From Octopus bimaculoides (lineage: Eukaryota): DNA of 44,872 bases. Within the stretch, counting starts at the first letter, position 1, and every line of letters begins with the position of its first letter. A model generated the notes under the pieces. The model searched no databases. It was given only the letters and a program-made list of their open reading frames with translations, and was not told the origin of the DNA. The position numbers and the translations under genes were made by a program. This document shows positions 38,400 to 44,872 of the stretch, in pieces. Where the stretch lies: contig NC_068999.1 of NCBI RefSeq assembly GCF_001194135.2, positions 24,373,217 through 24,418,088 of the forward strand. The letters are read 5' to 3'.

Positions 38400-38640
38400 G
38401 GGTTTGATTCTTGGCCAGAGGGACATGTTATGTTCTTGAGCAAAACACTTCATTTCATGTTGCTCCAGTCCACTCAGCTGTAAATGGGAGCCCTGTGATG
38501 AAGTAGCCTTCCAATCAGGGGAATGTTAGCCTGCTCACCTAGCTAGCAGGGTGGTATCATTTGAAAGCTACAACAGTGCAAAGTGCATTGTGACCAGCAA
38601 TGTATAACAACCTCTGACAGTCTGGTCAGGACTGTGATAC
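38400..38640 (+). mobile_element. SINE-like repeat of another family
   Basis: B-box-like GGTTTGATTC followed by GTTCTTGAGCAAAACACTT..CTCCAGTCCACTCAGCTGTAAATGGG, a recalled SINE core-type motif. Confidence 0.45.
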
Positions 38641-38939
38641 CATTATATNNNNNNNNNNNNNNNNNNNNNNNNNNNNNNNNNNNNNNNNNNNNNNNNNNNN
38701 NNNNNNNNNNNNNNNNNNNNNNNNNNNNNNNNNNNNNNNNNNNNNNNNNNNNNNNNNNNNNNNNNNNNNNNNNNNNNNNNNNNNNNNNNNNNNNNNNNNN
38801 NNNNNNNNNNNNNNNNNNNNNNNNNNNNNNNNNNNNNNNNNNNNNNNNNNNNNNNNNNNNNNNNNNNNNNNNNNNNNNNNNNNNNNNNNNNNNNNNNNNN
38901 NNNNNNNNNNNNNNNNNNNNNNNNNNNNNNNNNNNNNNN

Positions 38940-40143
38940 GAATGACTTTTGTCAATGTTATGATTTTTCACTTTTGACATTTGATAGCTGTTACTTTTAA
39001 CTTATTTTAGAAGCAAATTGCGCATAATTTTGTTTACAGCTGTTAGTTCAGTGTCAATTATAACATGGAGTGCAAAAATGAGCATTTTTGCCATATTTTG
39101 CTTTTTTATTTCCGTAAAGGCATGTAAGCTGTTGAGGCTCACAAAGAGATATGTGAAGTTTATGGTGTTGATTGCTTAATAGAATGCACATGTCAGAAAT
39201 GTTTTTAAAAATTCCATTCTGGAGATCTTTTCACTGAATGATGACCAATGTTTTGGTCAACCTATGATGAGCAAATCTGGTTGATGATGAGTGAATCAAA
39301 GCCATAATTGAATCTGATTGGCATATAACTGTACAAGAGATTGCAAAGAGGTTAAATGTATCACACACAACGATTGAAAATCACTTAAAATGTCTTGGAC
39401 TTGTTAAGAATCTCAATATTTAGGTTCCACATAAATTGAAAAAGATTCACTTAATACAACAAATAAATATTTGCGATATGCATTGCAAACGCAATGAAAC
39501 CAACCAATTTTTTTTTAACGAATCATCACTGGTGATGAAAAGTGGATTGTCTACAATAACATCAATTGAAAATGATCATGGTCCAAGCATAATGAACCAG
39601 CACAAACTGCCTTGAAAGCTGAATTGCATCAAAAAAGGTCATGCTGTAAATTTGGTGTGATTACAAAGGTGTTCTGTATTTTGAGCTGCTTCCAAGGAAC
39701 CAAATGATCAGTTCAGATGTTTACTGTCAACAGCTTATGAAACTGGAAGAAGCAATCAAAGAAAAACAACCAGAATTGGCAAATCGTAAAGGAATCATGT
39801 TCCACCATGACAACACTAGGCCACTTACCTCTTTGCTAACTCGTGAAATATTATTGGAGCTTGGTTGGGAAGTGATGTTACATCCACCATATAGCCCTGA
39901 CCTTGCACCATCAGATTACCATTTATTTCGAAGTTTGTAAAATTCTTTGAATGGTAAAATTTTCAGTAATGATGATGACCTGAAATCACACTTGCTTCAG
40001 ATTTTAGGTGAAATGGACCAGAAGTTCTTTGAGCGCAGAATCGTGAAGATGGCAAAAGGTCATCAATCAAAATGGAAAATATATAATTGACTAAAGTTAA
40101 TTCTTTGTATGAAAATAAATTACTTTTATTTCACAAACCCAAT
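38940..40143 (+). mobile_element. Near full-length mariner (DD34D, mellifera-subfamily-like), transposase pseudogene 39065-40094
   Basis: Starts MECKNEHFCHILLFYFRKG and contains VPHKL, ITGDEKWIVYNN, FHHDN and HPPYSPDLAPSDY, with exactly 34 residues between the last two Asp. It ends VINQNGKYIID*. The right-TIR-like AATTACTTTTATTTCACAAACCCAAT ends at 40143; the left end is lost in the gap. Several stops and frameshifts. Confidence 0.92.
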
Positions 40144-40577
40144 GTGTGTGTGTACACTTACAGACAACCACATATACATACATATATTTTCACACATATA
40201 TACCGGTATTTTCCCGAAAACACATACCGATGCAACAATATGTAGCATCTATACTTCAAATTAAAATTTTGAGGACACCTGTGAAACATATGTTCAAATT
40301 TTCCCAAAGCCAAATTTAGGTTTAGGTCTATAATCACTTGTGCTTACTCAGGTGTACTTATAAATAATAGTACATGCCTTTAAAACATATCCTCACTATC
40401 TACAAAGTACTTACAGTCACAGATTATCCAGTCACTCAAATAAAAAAATCTCACATTTATTCATCTCTTTCAATACTTGTCATTTCAAGCTTTATCAAAT
40501 GGATGCCTGAAAATCTACAGGTGGCCATTGAGTTTTCATAATTACAAAGAGAATGGAGTGATAAAAGGACTTGTTTG

Positions 40578-40618
<41 letters not shown>

Positions 40619-40619
40619 T

Positions 40620-41195
40620 AATGGCCATTGAGCTGCAGCCATGCTGGGGCACTACACTGAATAGTTTTTAGTTTTATGTTTTAAAGTCTAGTACTTATTC
40701 TGTTGGCCTCTTTTACCGGAATGTAAACATACCAACACTGGTTGTCAAGTGATGGTGGAGAACAAGCATAGATATGCACACACAGAGGACGAGCTTCTTT
40801 TAGTTTCTGTCTACTAGGTGAGCAGGCTACACCTATCATTTTTATCTTTTACTTGTTTCAGTCATTGGACTGCAGCCATGCTGGGGCACTGCCTCAAAAG
40901 GTTTAGTTGGACAAATCAACCCCTGGTACTTATTCTATTTTGCCAGGACATAAACGAACCAATACTGTTTGTCAAACGATGATGGTGGGAAGACAAACAT
41001 ATATAATGACACACAGATATATATACACATATATATGGCAGGCCTCTTTCAGTTTCCATCTACCAGATTCACTCACAAGCCTTTGGTCAGCCTTGGGCTA
41101 TAATAGAGAACACTTACCCATGGTACCATGTAGTGGGATTGAGCCTGGAACCATGAAGTTGGGTAGCAAGCTTCTTCCAACACAGCTGGACCCAT
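40620..41195 (-). mobile_element. SINE family B, composite (two tail segments plus head)
   Basis: CTGCAGCCATGCTGGGGCAC occurs twice (~40633, ~40870); the head is at ~41040-41190. Confidence 0.65.
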
Positions 41196-41254
41196 GAAAA
41201 ATTCATGGAAAACATAAAAAATGCAAGCATCTGTAAATAGTGTACTGGTGCCAT

Positions 41255-41415
41255 GAGAAATGTTTGTATATTATGACCATTTGTCTCTACGTTCTGAATT
41301 CAAATTCTGCCGAGATCGACTTTGCCTTTCGGGGTTGATAAACTAAGTATCAGATGTGTACTGGGGTCAATCTAATCAACTGGCCCCCTCCCCACAAAAA
41401 ATTCAGGCCTAGAAA
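41255..41415 (+). mobile_element. SINE family A, partial
   Basis: CTACGTTCTGAATTCAAATTCTGCCGAGATCGACTTTGCCTTT. Confidence 0.7.
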
Positions 41416-42666
41416 AGTATATTGTGACAGTTACAGAATATAGAAAGTAATGTAACACCAATGACTGTATAATCCAACCAAAATATCTGTTACACAAACG
41501 TAAATGGAATTACAATTTAACTTTAAAATACATTGTACATATTCAAAGAACCTTAATGTACAAATTGAAATGCAAAAGAATGAAATAATAAATGGATTTG
41601 TGAATGAAAGTTTGGTAATTGCGTTTATTTTCACAATGCGACACTTATTATTACAAACATGTTTTAACTATACACACACACAAATACATTCATATATATA
41701 TATATCTCGAGTTGTAGCTGTAATTCAAAGGAGCCAGCCTTGTCATATTCTGTGTGAGGCTGAATCTCCCTGAGAACTATGTTAATGTTATNNNNNNNNN
41801 NATATTCTGTGTGAGGCTGAATCTCCCTGAGAACTATGTTAATGTTATGCATGTTTGTGGAGTACTCAGCCATTTGTGAGTTAATTTTATCGTGTGAAAA
41901 GTGAAATTGACATCCAATATTTGCTGTGTGTATGTATCTATGTATGAACTTTTCTTTGGATTTATGTATCTCTCACTTCTTTTGTGTCCCTCTTCTCTCC
42001 TACTTTTGATTTAACGATGTGTATATGTATCTATGTATCTACTTTTCTTTCGATGTGATAAACATTTAAAAATACAAAACGAACGCTGTCACCTTTCACT
42101 CTCCCTTTCTCTCTCTCTCTCTCTGTCTGTCCTCCTCTCTCTCGCTTTGCCACTTCTTTGAAGTGTGACGCACACAACAAGTACGTGCAAAAACAAAAAG
42201 TTAGCTTATTAATATTATTGATATTTGTATATAATCTAATAAACACTTACATATCTATCTATCTATATGCCCATGCCTATCCATACCTCAAAGAATATGT
42301 ACACTTGTATACCTAAATAACCGTATACATACGCACTCTTACTAGTTCCAAGAACAAAGTACATTGCACTGATTCTTTTCCCTCCTGATACTTTAAATTC
42401 TGGAATACACTTAACAACTGCCGCCTATTACAGTTGCAATCAGCCACCAGGTGAAACTTGAGTAGGCTGTCATTTGTTGTTAGAATAAACATACACACTC
42501 ACATTTGTATGATGGAGAGAAAGATGAGTGTGCGTGTGTGTATGTAAGTATGTATATAGACATGAAACTACAAGTAATTTTGGGCTGTATCAACCTATTA
42601 ATAAATACTTGTGGCTCCCACCACATGTGGTGTGTGCTATTTTCTTTCATTTGTACACATACCTGT

Positions 42667-42706
<40 letters not shown>

Positions 42707-43451
42707 NNNNNNNNNNATAAAGCTCGCGTAAAAGCAAGATTACCATTTCTTTCTCTAATTATTTTTGTCAACAGGTTTTTTTTTTTCCTTTTCATAAATC
42801 CTTTACTAAATCTTTAATGCTATTGTTTTAATATCTATAACTTGAGCAAAGAACAAGAACCATGTCAGCCCTTTTGTTGAATTTGCTCACTTTCTCTATT
42901 TACATTATATGAATGGTAAGCATAGGGTCTGATGACAGGCATAACACTCCAGGGAAACACAAGGTGTTAGTACAAGAAAAGCTTGCATGTGACAAAATAA
43001 GATTAACATTTTTTCCTCTCGTTATTATTATTATTGTTGTTGTTTATCTTCATTATGTCTTTCTTTCTTTTTTGTTTGTTTCAAACTTTGTAATGCTATT
43101 ATTATTTTACTTGCTGTAATTTGAGCATGAACTGAGATTATGTCACCTTTTTGGTTGGGTTCTCTACTCTCCCATTACCACCATCTCCACAGTTAAATCT
43201 TAGCTGTCTAGCCCCCTAATCCAGCTGTAAAACCTTTGCTAAAGAGCCTCTTGATCTTTAGCAAGGGGTGGAAGCAACCTGTCTAATGATAGTGGAATGA
43301 GGATTTTGTTTTTGTTCTTTTTTTGTAAAGAAGAATGAATGGCAATAAAATAAAATGGAGGCGACAGACAAAACTATGATATGTAATCTTTACTACAATG
43401 AAGAAAGCTGCTTATTAATTAGTGTAGAGTAGTTATCTTTTGCTAAAAGAA

Positions 43452-43818
43452 AGTAGCTGTGTGGTAAGAGGTTTGCTTCCCTACCACATGGTTCTGGGTT
43501 CAGTTCCACCGATATTTTGGGCTAGTGTCTTTTACTAAAGCCTTTGGCTGACCACAGCCTTGTGAGTGGATTTGGGAGGCAGAAACTGAAAGAAGCCCAT
43601 TGTGTGTGTGTGTGCGTGTGTGTTTGTCCCCCATCACTATTTGACAACTGGTGTTGGTGTGTTTACATCCATGTAACTTAACTGTTCAGCAAAAAAGATT
43701 GATAGAATAAGTACCAGGCTTTATAAAAAGATAAGTAGTGGGGTTGATTTGCTTGACTAGAATAAATCAAGGTGGTGCCCCAGCATATCCGCCGTCAAAT
43801 GTCTGAAACAAATAAAGG
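43452..43818 (+). mobile_element. SINE family B, full length
   Basis: Head, internal (TG)n and tail all match the copy at 28141. Confidence 0.75.
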
Positions 43819-44356
43819 ATACAAGATTATGTATTAAAGTCTACACTAGGCATGAACAGCCTTTTTTGTGAAGCAGATCATAGGAGTCATTGGTCATCAT
43901 CGGGTGGACCACGCTGCTAAAAACACTTAAGGTAATTTTTTCATTAGGTGTATCAGTCAGAAAGTCCTGTGGACCACAGCTTGCTCATGATTGGTCTACA
44001 CTGTTATAGTTCAGTTGATAACTCAACAAGACATGGACTCCGCAAACTGCTTTGCAGCTGCTTGTCTTTGGGAGCAGAAACTCTAAAGCAACAAAATAAT
44101 ACAAGTGACACTGTGTGTGTTGTATGTTCATATCTGTGTTTATGTTTACTAGTGTCAAGTTAGGATCCTTTATGTCAGAACCATAGGAAAAAGAGGTTCC
44201 CAGCATAAATAAGAAATGGAGTTTTTCAACCATTCTAAACTTATGGATCACTTTAATTCCTATTTTACTTGGATGGACCCTGTTAGTCAGTCTATGTTAA
44301 AAAAATACTATTATATTTTTATAATTAAATATTAGAAATTGTATAAAAATAATTGT

Positions 44357-44510
44357 TGTGGCTTTGTGATAAGAAGCTTGCTTTCCAACCTCATGGTTCC
44401 AGGTTCAGTCTCACTGCATGGCACTTTGGGCAAGTGTCTTCTACTATAGCCTCGGGCTGACCAAAACCTTGTGAGTGGATTTGGTAGACAGAAACTGAAA
44501 GAAGCCCATC
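44357..44510 (+). mobile_element. SINE family B, 5' half
   Basis: AAGAAGCTTGCTTTCCAACC...GAAACTGAAAGAAGCCCATC, then a short AT-rich tract. Confidence 0.75.
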
Positions 44511-44532
44511 ATATAGATATATATATGCATAT

Positions 44533-44872
44533 AGCCTAGTCACCCGTATTACGAACCAGGTGATACACGAAGGAGTCATACCCAATGACTGGTGTAGCAG
44601 CATCATAGTCAACTGCTACAAAGGTAAAGGTGACGCTTTAGATACAAATAATTACAGAGGCATCAAGCTGTTAGATCAGGTTATGAAAGTTACAGAGAGG
44701 GTCATAGCCCAACTAATTAGGGAGCGAATCAATTTAGATGAGATGCAGTTTGGGTTCGTGCCAGGTAAAAGCACTACTGATGCCTTATTTCTAGTGAGAC
44801 AGTTGCAGGAGAAATACCTAGCTAAGGATAAACCTCTGTACCTGGCTTTCGTTGACATGGAGAAAGCCTTTG
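44533..44872 (+). mobile_element. RTE-clade LINE, 5'-truncated, uninterrupted RT frame running off the window
   Basis: 113 sense codons with no stop: SLVTRITNQVIHEGVIPNDWCSSIIVNCYKGKGDALDTNNYRGIKLLDQVMKVTERVIAQLIRERINLDEMQFGFVPGKSTTDALFLVRQLQEKYLAKDKPLYLAFVDMEKAF. Confidence 0.93.

Noticed and set aside
39704-39940. Domesticated transposase or SETMAR-like exon
   Set aside because: The surrounding frame has multiple stops and frameshifts and a TIR remains; there is no sign of selection.
41745-41848. Identical 47-bp direct repeat
   Set aside because: The copies flank a 10-N gap, which is the signature of an unmerged contig overlap.

Overview
AT-rich, microsatellite-dense animal genomic DNA from a gapped draft assembly (seven N runs). 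The repeat families and simple-repeat load point to an octopod cephalopod; this is an inference and was not searched. I can support one protein-coding gene: a Rap2-subfamily small GTPase (+, ATG 15468 to TGA 16010, 180 aa). Its whole CDS sits in one exon, with a consensus splice donor 6 nt after the stop and probable non-coding 5' exon(s) in a CpG-retaining promoter domain (~13.3-19.3 kb). Almost everything else is transposable-element debris: RTE, RTEX-like and CR1-like LINE fragments, a decayed Penelope-like element carrying nested insertions, a mellifera-type mariner, irritans-type mariner derivatives, a Tigger-type MITE, TTAA-flanked MITEs, two long fold-back elements and at least three SINE/tail families. 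There are no CRISPR arrays, rRNA or credible tRNA genes. I did not find a new multi-gene system. The best leads are the Rap2 gene architecture and its Arg22, the insect-like mariner, the long hairpin elements, and an uninterrupted RTE reverse-transcriptase frame at the window end that the ORF track misses. TE family assignments rest on recalled consensus motifs, and most TE boundaries are approximate.
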